Positions 13,501 through 25,500 of a DNA stretch of 64,000 nucleotides are shown one piece after another. This stretch comes from Nageia nagi (lineage: Eukaryota > Plantae > Pinophyta), in the NCBI GenBank assembly GCA_050084985.1, contig JBITNC010000001.1, positions 89,218,001-89,282,000 of the forward strand, written 5' to 3'. The translations under genes were made by a program, and so were the position numbers. Each line of letters starts with the position of its first letter. The stretch's first letter is position 1. Below the pieces are notes generated by a model, which did no database searches, was not told where the DNA came from, and saw nothing but the letters and a program-made list of their open reading frames with translations.

Positions 13501-16500
13501 TATCCATGAGTCTTACCCCTTGCTTGCCCTGTCCAATGACTTTTATGTAACCTCCTCCATAAGTCTCCTAGACCCCTATGATGATTTGAAGGCCTTTAAG
13601 AAACCTTAGTAGCCCCGTTCGAATGAGTATTGTGATGATGATCACCATGTCCATGTTCTCCATCATTGTTTATCTACTACACCTCCAATGTGAAGAGCCA
13701 TCCCATGACCATCACCATGCACACCATGAAGAGAATGAAGGCCAAAACAGCGAAACAATCATTCACCCAAGATCACAGAATTTGCAAAGCACTACAACGA
13801 AATGAAGTTCACACCAAAACTGATTGATTATTGCAGTGAATGCACCAAGAATAAATAGAATAGGTGCAAATAACTTACGGTGGCACACAGTGACAAACGG
13901 TGGCACACGGTGGCGAATCATAACAAGAAGTTGTTATGATTTTACATATGGTGGCAAATATCCTAGTGAACTTAAGTAACTAAATACTCAAGTAAATAAA
14001 ATAAATAAAACACTAATACCCCCCCTTAAGTGAAACTAGGAGGTAAAACAAGTGACACATAAAGATGAGTCCCGGCAACAAGGCCTGATTAGGTACTCAT
14101 TTACAATATCTAGCTGAAAGATGATGAAAAAACCACATGGGAAAAACCATCTATCAGCAAAGAAAGAAGAAAAAGAAAGAAAGAAAGAAAGAAAGGAAGA
14201 TGTCCTCAATCAACACCCCCCAAGGACAACTTCAGTCACCCCGAGCAAAGTTTGCAACTCAAGGAAGCGAGGCGATGCAAAGGATTTCGTGAAGATGTCG
14301 GCAATCTGCTGTTGAGTCGAAAGATACTCCAAGCTGAGAACCCCATCCTGAATATGCTGTCGAATGAAGTGCATGTGAACCTCAATATGCTTGGTTCGCT
14401 GATGCTCAACAGGATTGCGAGAAATATGAATTGCACTTTGGTTATCACAGAAGAGAACAGTAGGGTGATCCTGAGAAAAACCAAACTCAGCCAATAACTG
14501 ACGAAGCCAAAGAGCCTCCTGACTAGCTGTAACTGCTGCCTTGTACTCTGCCTCTGTAGATGATAATGCAATAGCCTGCTGCTTCTTGCATGACCAAGAT
14601 ATAGGAGAAGATCCAAGACAGAAAACATAACCAGAAGTGGAACGTCTATCATCAACTGAACCAGCCCAATCTGAATCAGTATAGCCCACTAACTCAGTAG
14701 AACCACGGCCATAGGATAAACCAAAGTGAGGTGTACCTCTCACGTATCGAAGAATGCGCTTGGCAGCTTGCCAATGACTATCATGAGGAGCCTGAGAGAA
14801 TCGAGAGAGTAAACCAACTGCATAGGAAATGTCAGGACGAGTATGGGTAAGATACAAAAGACTTCCTACCAATTGGCGATACAAGGTAGCATCACAAAGA
14901 GGAGAGGTGCAAGAAGAAGTCAATGTAACCCCAGATTGAAATGGCGTAGGAGAGGTCTTGCAATCAGTCATCCGAAAACGCTGAAGAAGATCCAAGGTAT
15001 ACTTGTGCTGACATAAAGAAATTTCTGTAGCAGTCTGATTGATCTGAAAACCAAGGAAGTAATGGGCCAATCCCAAATCTGTCATCTCAAATTGCGCTGA
15101 AAGAGAACGCTGAGCAGTCTGAATATGAGAAGAGGAACTCCCAGTGAGAAGCAAATCATCAACATAAAGAACAAGTATGGTAATGTCCTTCCCATCTCTC
15201 CAAATGTAAACGGTATTATTAGAGTAACACCTGACAAAACCAGTAGAAAGAAGAAAGGAATCCATCTTTGCATACCAAGCTCGAGGAGCTTGTTTGAGAC
15301 CATAGAGAGACTTTCGTAGTCTGCAAACAAGAGAGGCATCCTCAACAAAACCCAAAGGTTGCTCCATATAAATCTCCTCATGCAAATCTCCATGTAAGAA
15401 AGCACTCTTAACATTCATCTGAAAAATAGACCATCCCTGAGAGGCAGCAAGTGCAAGTACAAGCCAAAAGAGTATGAGATTTTTGTGCATAAAGGGAAAT
15501 TGTATGAGGCAATGGGACAAATTAGTTCAAGTATAAGTGAAAGCCTTTGGTTTCACTTAGATGGATGTAAAACCCCTTTTGAATGTATGGACAAACTTGC
15601 AAATTTGTTTGGTAAGGTTGATCACATAAGGTCTATGCAGCTTGAAGCAGAACTCACAGCACTTTCACCTGATGATTTCTCTACAATTGTTGACTACCTC
15701 ACAAAATTCAAGGAACTTCTCACACAATTAAAAGGAAGTGGTAAAAAGAAGGAAGACAAAGATTGTGTGTATCTCATTCTTTCAAAATTGAGGGGACCTT
15801 TCCAAATTTTTGCCTCTACATTTCTGTCTACTATGGATGCACTTGGGACAAATTTTACTTTGCCTAGCTTAGAAGAGTTTTGTGAAAGACTTACTAGGGA
15901 AGAGATCAAACTTTCCACTCTTGAGTCTTCTACCTCTTCTTCCAAAGCTTTAGTTGCATCCACTCCCAAAGGGAAAGGCAAATCTAAAGCTCAATCTAAA
16001 CCCACTGCAACTTCTCCCAAGCCAACTCCTTCTACAAAAAAGGAGAAATCTAACACCACTTGTACCTATTGTAAAAAGGAGGGTCATCCTGCCACTAGGT
16101 GTTGGAAAAAGTTGCAAGATTTAGAAGAAACCATAAAAAAAAATAAGGTTGTTGCCCCAAAAGAACATGGTAAAGCCCTTAATGTCCAAGGTCGATCTTC
16201 TAAATCTTTTTCACAAAAATGGGTTTTAGATTCTGGTGCTTCCCATCATATGACCTCTTCCCAAGAGTCATTCACCTTACTCTCTTCTAGTTCAACTTCT
16301 AGCATTGAGGTAGGAGACTCTACCTTTATTCCTGTTCAAGGACAAGGAGATATTGTGGTTGATGATGGTTGTATCTACAATGTATTGTATGTGCCCAATA
16401 TTTCAGCAAATCTTCTTTCCATCTATCAGATATGCACTTCAGGCACAGGGAAAATTGTTTTGTTTACCCCTCATGGAGCAGAGATTAGAAGTCTCAAGGA

Positions 16501-19500
16501 TCCACAATCACTTATTTGTCAAGGTGTTATTGATCATGATGCACGATTGTATTTCTTTGAGGGTTTTGATACTTCTTCAGGTTCATGCCTTGTTGCTCAT
16601 GCAGATTTTGAGAGTAAAATTTGGCATGAAAGATTTGGCCATCTTAATTATAGGTATTTGAAGGAGTTGAGCACTCATAATATGGTTTTGGGATTACCTA
16701 AGGTTTCCACCAGTGATGGTGTTTGTCCAGGTTGTGCACTTGGTAAACAACATCAAGATCCTTTTCCCAAAGGAAAATCCCATCGAGCATCTTCACCTTT
16801 GGAGTTGATTCATAGTGATTTGATGATTTTTCCCACACCTTCTTTCAAGGGAGCTAAGTATGCATTGCCATTTATAGATGATTTCTCAAGACGTACTTGG
16901 GTATATTTTCTCAAGTACAAAAGTGATGTTCTCTCTCACTTTAAAGTTTTCAAAGCTTTAGTTGAGAATCAGGCTTCCACATGCATCAAAAAGCTTCGTA
17001 CTGATAATGGGGGGGAGTACTTTAGCACTGAGTTTTCTGATTTTCTTACTGCACATGGGATTATACATCAACATTCTGTTCCTTACACACCTCAACAGAA
17101 TGGTGTGGCTGAGAGGAAGAATCGTACTTTGAAGGAGATGGCTAACTGCATGATGCATTCTAGAGAATTACCACCTATTTTTTGGGCTGAGGCAGTTAAT
17201 TGTGCTAATTATATTCAAAATCGTACACCCCATAGAGCTCTTGATCATATTACTCCAGAGGAGGCTTGGTCTGGAATTAAGCCTGATGTCTCATCTTTTC
17301 GAGTTTTTGGGAGTTATGCTTGGGCTCATATTCCGAAGAAGAAAAGAAAGGCTTTGGATAAGAAGAGTACACCACTCATTTTTGTTGGCTATTGTGAAGA
17401 CATGAAGGCTTATCGACTCATTGATCCTGCTACACATGATGTCTTCTTTCATACTCATGTACAATTTGATGAGCGACTTCATTGTTCTGACACTCCCTCT
17501 TCTTCTCCCCCTTCTCCTTCTCTTGATATTTCTCCTATGGTTGATATGATTGAGGATGATTCTAGCACTGCTCCTCCTTCACCAGTCACAGCACCTGCTA
17601 CCACAGTTGAGGCTTCTACATCCCTCGTTGATTCTACTAGTGCCCCTTTACCTAAGTGGGCACGAACTACTGTTGAGGAGGCTCTTCCTTTTATCCAGGA
17701 TCTTCCATCTTCTAGACGCCCTCCTTCCATTGGGACTGGCCTTGTTTGTCAGTCAATTTTGGGTGATCCCCAAACCTTTTCACAGGCACATGGAATACAG
17801 GAGTGGGATGATGCTATGAATGTTGAGTATTCTTCTTTGATGAAGAATCAGACTTGGGACTTAGTGCTTCTTCCCGAGGGAAGAAAGATGGTTCGTTGTA
17901 AGTGGGTTTACCGAACCAAGTATGCTGCTGATGGGTCTATTGATAAGTACAAAGCTCGTCTGGTAGCTAAGGGTTTTTCACAGGTTGAAGGTGTTGATTA
18001 CACTGAAACCTTTGCCCCTGTTGCTAAGATGAATTCTGTTCGGCTTGTACTTGCACTTGCTGCCTCTCAGGGATGGTCTATTTTTCAGATGGATGTTAAG
18101 AGTGCTTTCTTACATGGAGATTTGCATGAGGAGATTTATATGGAGCAACCTTTGGGTTTTGTTGAGGATGCCTCTCTTGTTTGCAGACTACGAAAGTCTC
18201 TCTATGGTCTCAAACAAGCTCCTCGAGCTTGGTATGCAAAGATGGATTCCTTTCTTCTTTCTACTGGTTTTGTCAGGTGTTACTCTGATAATACCGTTTA
18301 CATTTGGAGAGATGGGAAGGACATTACCATACTTGTTCTTTATGTTGATGATTTGCTTCTCACTGGGAGTTCCTCTTCTCATATTCAGACTGTTCAGCGT
18401 TCTCTTTCAGCGCAATTTGAGATGACAGATTTGGGATTGGCCCATTACTTCCTTGGTTTTCAGATCAATCAGACTGCTACAGAAATTTCTTTATGTCAGC
18501 ACAAGTATACCTTGGATCTTCTTCAGCGTTTTCGGATGACTGATTGCAAGACCTCTCCTACGCCATTTCAATCTGGGGTTACATTGACTTCTTCTTGCAC
18601 CTCTCCTCTTTGTGATGCTACCTTGTATCGCCAATTGGTAGGAAGTCTTTTGTATCTTACCCATACTCGTCTTGACATTTCCTATGCAGTTGGTTTACTC
18701 TCTCGATTCTCTCAGGCTCCTCATGATAGTCATTGGCAAGCTGCCAAGCGCATTCTTCGATACCTGAGAGGTACACCTCACTTTGGTTTATCCTATGGCC
18801 GTGGTTCTACTGAGTTAGTGGGCTATACTGATTCAGATTGGGCTGGTTCAGTTGATGATAAACGTTCCACTTCTGGTTATGTTTTCTGTCTTGGATCTTC
18901 TCCTATATCTTGGTCATGCAAGAAGCAGCAGGCTATTGCATTATCATCTACAGAGGCAGAGTACAGGGCAGCAGTTACAGCTAGTCAGGAGGCTCTTTGG
19001 CTTCGTCAGTTATTGGCTGAGTTTGGTTTTTCTCAGGATCACCCTACTGTTCTCTTCTGTGATAACCAAAGTGCAATTCATATTTCTCGCAATCCTGTTG
19101 AGCATCAGCGAACCAAGCATATTGAGGTTCACATGCACTTCATTCGACAGCATATTCAGGATGGGGTTCTCAGCTTGGAGTATCTTTCGACTCAACAGCA
19201 GATTGCTGACATCTTCACGAAATCCTTTGCATCGCCTCGCTTCCTTGAGTTGCAAACTTTGCTCGGGGTGACTGAAGTTGTCCTTGGGGGGTGTTGATTG
19301 AGGACATCTTCCTTTCTTTCTTTCTTTTTCTTCTTTCTTTGCTGATAGATGGTTTTTCCCATGTGGTTTTTTCATCATCTTTCAGCTAGATATTGTAAAT
19401 GAGTACCTAATCAGGCCTTGTTGCCAGGACTCATCTTTATGTGTCACTTGTTTTACCTCCTAGTTTCACTTAAGGGGGGGTATTAGTGTTTTATTTATTT

Positions 19501-22500
19501 TATTTACTTAAGTTCACTAGGATATTTGCCACCATATGTAAAATCATAACAACTTTTTGTTATGATTCGCCACCGTTTGTCACTGTGTGCCACCGTAAGT
19601 TATTTGCACCTATTCTATTTATTCTTGGTGCATTCACTGCAATAATCAATCAGTTTTGGTGTGAACTTCATTTCGTTGTAGTGCTTTGCAAATTCTGTGA
19701 TCTTGGGTGAATGATTGTTTCGCTGTTTTGGCCTTCATTCTCTTCATGGTATCAGAGAGGGTCGACCTCTGAATCTCCCTCAATTTGATCAGCAAATATG
19801 TGAGGGGGGATTGGCCTCTTTACGCCAATCCCCCCCTCATCTCCATTTTTTTTGTTGCTTTTTGATGTGTGGTAGATGACCTGTGTTTGTGCTCTTTGTG
19901 GAGAGGAAATCTACGTAGTTTGGTGGTTGTTCAGAATTTTGTGAAGGAGAAAGAGTGATGGATTTGTGGGAGGCCTAATCACCCTCTACCTGGCAGCATT
20001 TGGTTCTATTCCTTTGCAACAAGGCCATGAGTTTTTAACTCATGGGAATCAAATTGACGATGGTGGATATTGGTGATCTTTTGATTCTATTCCTTTGCAA
20101 CAAGGCCATGAATTTTAATTCATGGGAATCAAAATTGGCGATGGCGAGAGAGCCTTGTTAGCATTCAGTCTTGGAGCTTTTGGCGTCAGATTTCGTAGTT
20201 GGGTTCTCTCTCGCGTCTTTGTCTTGACAAGATCTGCATGCAGCGCGTGTTTTTCGGCCTGTGGGTTCAGGATCCCCACTCCCTGTGTTTGAGAGTCTTC
20301 TCTCGCTTCCAGCAGACGGCACCTTTGGCCGCGAGATCGTTTGCGTGATGCTCGTCTCCCTGCCGACCACCGCTGACTGTTGAAAACGTCCAGATCTGAT
20401 GCGCATCTTTCACTCAGCTCCTCGCGCAACCCTGCTCGCGGCCCTCCTGTTTGCCACTTCATTGTCGGCCCTCTTAAGCCGCTTGCGCGCGTTTCCGACT
20501 GCCTCTGCTCCTCCCACGATGGTTATGGCTGCCTCGCGATTTTTTCCCGCGTCCACGACGGCGTTGACTTTGCCTAGTCTTCGTTGCTCAGTTTCGTCGC
20601 GTTTTTCTCCTGCGCAGCCACTCGGAATGCCACGTTCGTTCGCTTGTTCGTCTCGGCGTTTCCTGCGTAGCCTGATGGTGGTCGTCGTTTCTCCCTCTTC
20701 GTTGGATGGCTTGCCTTCCTTCGATGGACTTGCATGGTGGCCCATTTTATGATTTGCTTGGAGATTTTTTATCAGCAGTTGCTCAAGAACGTCATAAAAA
20801 TGACAATCATGTTGTTTTTACATTTTTGTCAACCAAATTTACTTTTGATAGTAAATTTGGATACCCATTATCGAGCTACACCTTTTTGCTTTTTGTTTCG
20901 CTCGATTTGGAGGACAATTGAAGAAGTTGTGAAGGTCAGAAGAATTGGACCCCCACCAATTTCGAATTTAATTGGGGCAGCTTGTGTAACAGTCACGTTT
21001 TTCGAGATTGTGCTTTCATCGGGGCTCATTTTTGGGAACGGACACTTTCATGATGTTCCTCATTCCATTCCGATCGTTTTGAGTAGCTAGATGACCCATT
21101 TTCCCTTCCCCATCAACCGATAATCACAATTTGAAGTTCTGCCATTTAAATTTAATTAAATTCACTGTTTTTAATTTAATTAAAATTTTCTAATGTTTTG
21201 GGCATTAAAAATTTAATTTTTGCTCCAAAACGAATTAATTCCATAACTTTTGCAAACGGACTTCATTTTGAGTACCGTTTTTTGCATTGTGGAGCAGACT
21301 TCGAATAGTTTTTGATGAAATTGGTTGTAAGCCTAATTTATAAAGGCAAATTTTAAGGGGGGGCTTTATTTACAACTTTGTTTTGATAGGTTCCTAGGAG
21401 ACACATCATGAGGATCAAACATTTATTACAGTCTTGAATTTTTGTTCAACATCACTTTGGTTGATGTTTAGTACTGCATTATGGTTCCTCATGCTCCCAT
21501 CGACTTTTTGAAGTCGTAGTTAGTGGACTGTTTCTCTACTAAGTTGTGCGGTCATCAGCATCTTTCATGGGGGATCACTTCTTATTCTAGTTGGGAGGAC
21601 TTCTATTTGTATCCAGTTTTTTGCATCTTCCTCGTGTTGCATTCTCTTCATCGTGTTGAATCTTGGCACCAAGAGTTTTGGTGATCCATCTTCTTCGACA
21701 GTGTTCCTGAGTTCGACATCGACTTCCTTCATGGATCCTTGTACCATTTTTGGTACAGTGTTAATGGGTTCTAGGTACCATTTGGTGTGCCTTTTGCATC
21801 ATCAACAAGCTCTTCAAAGAAAAGTTCGTGCCCTAATTTCAGGTTGAGGGACTCTCTTTGTTTGTGTTGATCGAGTAGTGACTCTTTGATCCAGCTTTTG
21901 TTGGAGGTTCTTTGTTCTTCAGTTGCACATGTTCGTTATCTTTGGTCGCTCTACAACTTCTTTGTGCTTGATTCATTTTGTTAATGGGTACCTCATCAGG
22001 CCTTGTTGCCGGGACCCATATTGTACTAGTTTGCTTATGTCTACTACCTCCTAGCCTCGCTTAAAGGGGGGTGTTAGAGTTAGTTAAGCTTGCTAGGTTA
22101 GGGTATCTAACTTTAGAGTCCCTATTACCGTTGTTTTGTAAAACCATGTGCACGAACTTTTCTTTGAAGAGCTTGTTGGTGATGCAAAAGGCACACCAAA
22201 TGGTACCTAGAACCCATTAACACTGTACCAAAAATGGTACAAGGATCCATGAAGGAAGTCGATGTCAAACTCAGGAACACTGTCGAAGAAGATGGATCAC
22301 CAAAACTCATTGTGCCAAGATTCAACACGATGAAGAGAATGCAACACGAGGAAGATGCAAAAAACTGGATACAAATAGAAGTCCTCCCAACTAGAATAAG
22401 AAGTGATCCCCCATGAAAGATGCTGATGACCACATAACTTAGCAGAGAACAAGTCCACTAACTAGACTATCAAAAAGTCGACGAGAGCATGAGGAACAGT

Positions 22501-25500
22501 AATGCCGTACTAAACATCAACCAAAGTGATGTTGAACAAAAATTCAAGGCTGCAATAAGATTCGAACCTCATAATGTATCTCCTAGGAACCTGTTAAAAT
22601 AAAGTTGTAAATAGAGCCCCCTTTTGAAATTTGCCTTTATAAATTAGGCTTACAACCAATTTCATCAAAAACTATTCGAAGTCTGCTCCACAATGCAAAA
22701 AACGGCACTCAAAATGAAGTCCGTTCGCAAAAGTTATGGAATTAATTCGTTTTGGAGCAAAAATTAAATTTTTAATGCCCAAAACATTAGAAAAATTTAA
22801 TTAAATTAAAAACAGTGAATTTAATTAAATTTAAATGGCAGAACTCCAAATTGTGATTCATGATTGATGGGGGAGGCAAAATGGGTCATTCAGCTACTCA
22901 AAACGATCGGAATGGAATGAGGAACATCATGAAAGTGTCCGTTCCCAAAAATGAGCCCCGATGAAAGCACAATCTCGAAAAACGTGACTGTTACACAAGC
23001 TGCCCCAATTAAATTCGAAATTGGTGGGGGTTCAATTCTTCTGACCTTCACAACTTCTTCAATTGTCCTCCAAATCAAGCGAAACAAAAACAAAAAAGTG
23101 TAGCTCGATAATGGGTATCCAAATTTACTATCAAAAGTAAATTTGGTTGACAAAAAATGTGAAAAAACATGACTGTCATTTTTATGACGTTTTTGAGCAA
23201 CTGCTGAAAAAATCTTCAAGCAAATCATAAAATGGGCCACCATGCAAGTCCATCGAAGGAAGGCAAGCCATCCAACGAAGAGGGAGAAATGACGACCGAC
23301 ACACGGTTGTCCCAAGGCGGCAACAGCCAAACGAGGAGCACCAAAAGAGCTACGAAGATTGCAACGGAGGGAGGTCGGCAGTGGAGAGGAACGGCTACGC
23401 GAAATAGAATGGCGACGACGACCACCATCAGGCTACGCAGGAAACGCCGAGACGAACGAGCGAACGAACGTGGCATTCCGAGTGGCTGCGCAGGAGAAAA
23501 ACGCGACGAAACTGAGCAACGAAGACTAGGCAAAGTCAACGCCGTCGTGGAGCGGGAAAAAAATCGCGAGGCAGCCATAACCGTCGTGGGAGGAGCAGAG
23601 GCAGTCGGAAACGCGCGCAAGCGGCTTAAGAGGGCCGACAATGAAGCGGCAGACAGGAGGGCCGCGAGCAGGGTTGCGCGAGGAGCTGAGTGAAAGATGC
23701 GCATCAGATCTGGACGTTTTCAACAGTCAGCGGTGGTCGGCAGGGAGACGAGCATCACGCAAACGATCTCGCGGCCAAAGGTGCCGTCTGCTGGAAGCGA
23801 GAGAAGACTCTCAAACACAGGTAGTGGGGATCCTGAACCCACAGGCCGAAAAACACGCGCTGCATGTAGATCTTGTCAAGACAAAGACGCGAGAGAGAAC
23901 CCAGCTACGAAAATCTGACGCCAAAAGCTCCAAGACTGCCAAACTACGTAGATTTCCTCTCCACAAAGAGCACAAACATAGGTCATCTACCACACATCAA
24001 AAAGCAGCAAAAAAAATGGAGATGAGGGGGGGATTGGCGTAAAGAGGCCAATCCCCCCTCACAGATTTGCTGATTTCCTTTCATGGTATCAGAGCGGGTC
24101 GACCTCTGAATCTCCCTCAATTTGATCAGCAAATCTGTGAGAGGGCATCTCCATTATTTTTTTTTGCTGCTTTTTGATGTGTGGTAGATGACCTGTGTTT
24201 GTGCTCTTTGTGGAGAGGAAATCTACGTAGTTTGGTGGTTGTTCATGAATTTTGTGAAGGAGAAAGAGTGATGGATTTGTGGGAGGCCTAATCACCCTCT
24301 ACCTGGCAGCATTTGGTTCTATTCCTTTGCAACAAGGCCATGAGTTTTTAACTCATGGGAATCAAATTGACGATGGTGGATATTGGTGATCTTTTGATTC
24401 TATTCCTTTGCAACAAGGCCATGAATTTTAATTCATGGGAATCAAAATTGGCGATGGCGAGAGAGCCTTGTTAGCATTCAGTCTTGGAGCTTTTGGCGTC
24501 AGATTTTCGTAGTGGGTTCTCTCTCGCGTCTTTGTCTTGACAAGATCTGCATGCAACGCGTGTTTTTCGGCCTGTGGGTTCAGGATCCCCACTCCCTGTG
24601 TTTGAGAGTCTTCTCTCGCTTCCAGCAGACGGCACCTTTGGCCGCGAGATCGTTTGCGTGATGCTCGTCTCCCTGCCGACCACCGCTGACTGTTGAAAAC
24701 GTCCAGATCTGATGCGCATCTTTCACTCAGCTCCTCGCGCAACCCTGCTCGCGGCCCTCCTATCTGCTGCTTCATTGTCGCCCTCTTAAGCGCTTGCGTC
24801 GCGTTTCCGACTGCCTCTGCTCCTCCCACGACGGTTATGGCTGCCTCGCGATTTTTTCCCGCGTCCACGACGGCGTTGACTTTGCCTAGTCTTCGTTGCT
24901 CAGTTTCGTCGCTGTTTTTCTCCTGCGCAGCCACTCGGAATGCCACGTTCGTTCGCATCGTTCGTCTCGGCGTTTCCTGCGTAGCCTGATGGTGGTCGTC
25001 GTTTCTCCCTCTTCGTTGGATGGCTTGCCTTCCTTGATGGACTTGCATGGTGGCCCATTTTATGATTTGCTTGGAGATTTTTTATCAGCAGTTGCTCAAA
25101 AAACGTCATAAAAATGACAGTCATGTTTTTACATTTTTGTCAACCAAATTTACTTTTGATAGTAAATTTGGATACCCATTATCGAGCTACACCTTTTTGC
25201 TTTTTGTTTCGCTCGATTTGGAGGACAATTGAAGAAGTTGTGAAGGTCAGAAGAATTGGACCCCCACCAATTTCGAATTTAATTGGGGCAGCTTGTGTAA
25301 GTCACGTTTTTCGAGATTGTGCTTTCATCGGGGCTCATTTTTGGGAACGGACACTTTCATGATGTTCCTCATTCCATTCCGATCGTTTTGAGTAGCTAGA
25401 TGACCCATTTTGCCTTCCCCATCAACCGATAATCACAATTTGAAGTTCTACCATTTAAATTTAATTAAATTCACTGTTTTTAATTTAATTAAAATTTTCT

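Noticed and set aside
14210-15520. 436-aa minus-strand ORF as an independent RT gene
   Set aside because: Its first ~18 codons are antisense gag read across the fold-back junction; it is a chance fusion of a truncated pol fragment.
13727-19746. DIRS-like or TIR DNA transposon interpretation of the inverted LTRs
   Set aside because: Encodes a DDE integrase in copia order with no tyrosine recombinase, and the TSD pairs with 35668, not 19747.
20115-25362. Many 100-200 aa Arg/Ala/Ser-rich ORFs on both strands of the N leaders (e.g. 23232..23693, 24428..25048)
   Set aside because: Expected in GC-rich sequence; frames are not preserved across the four copies and no domain is recognisable.
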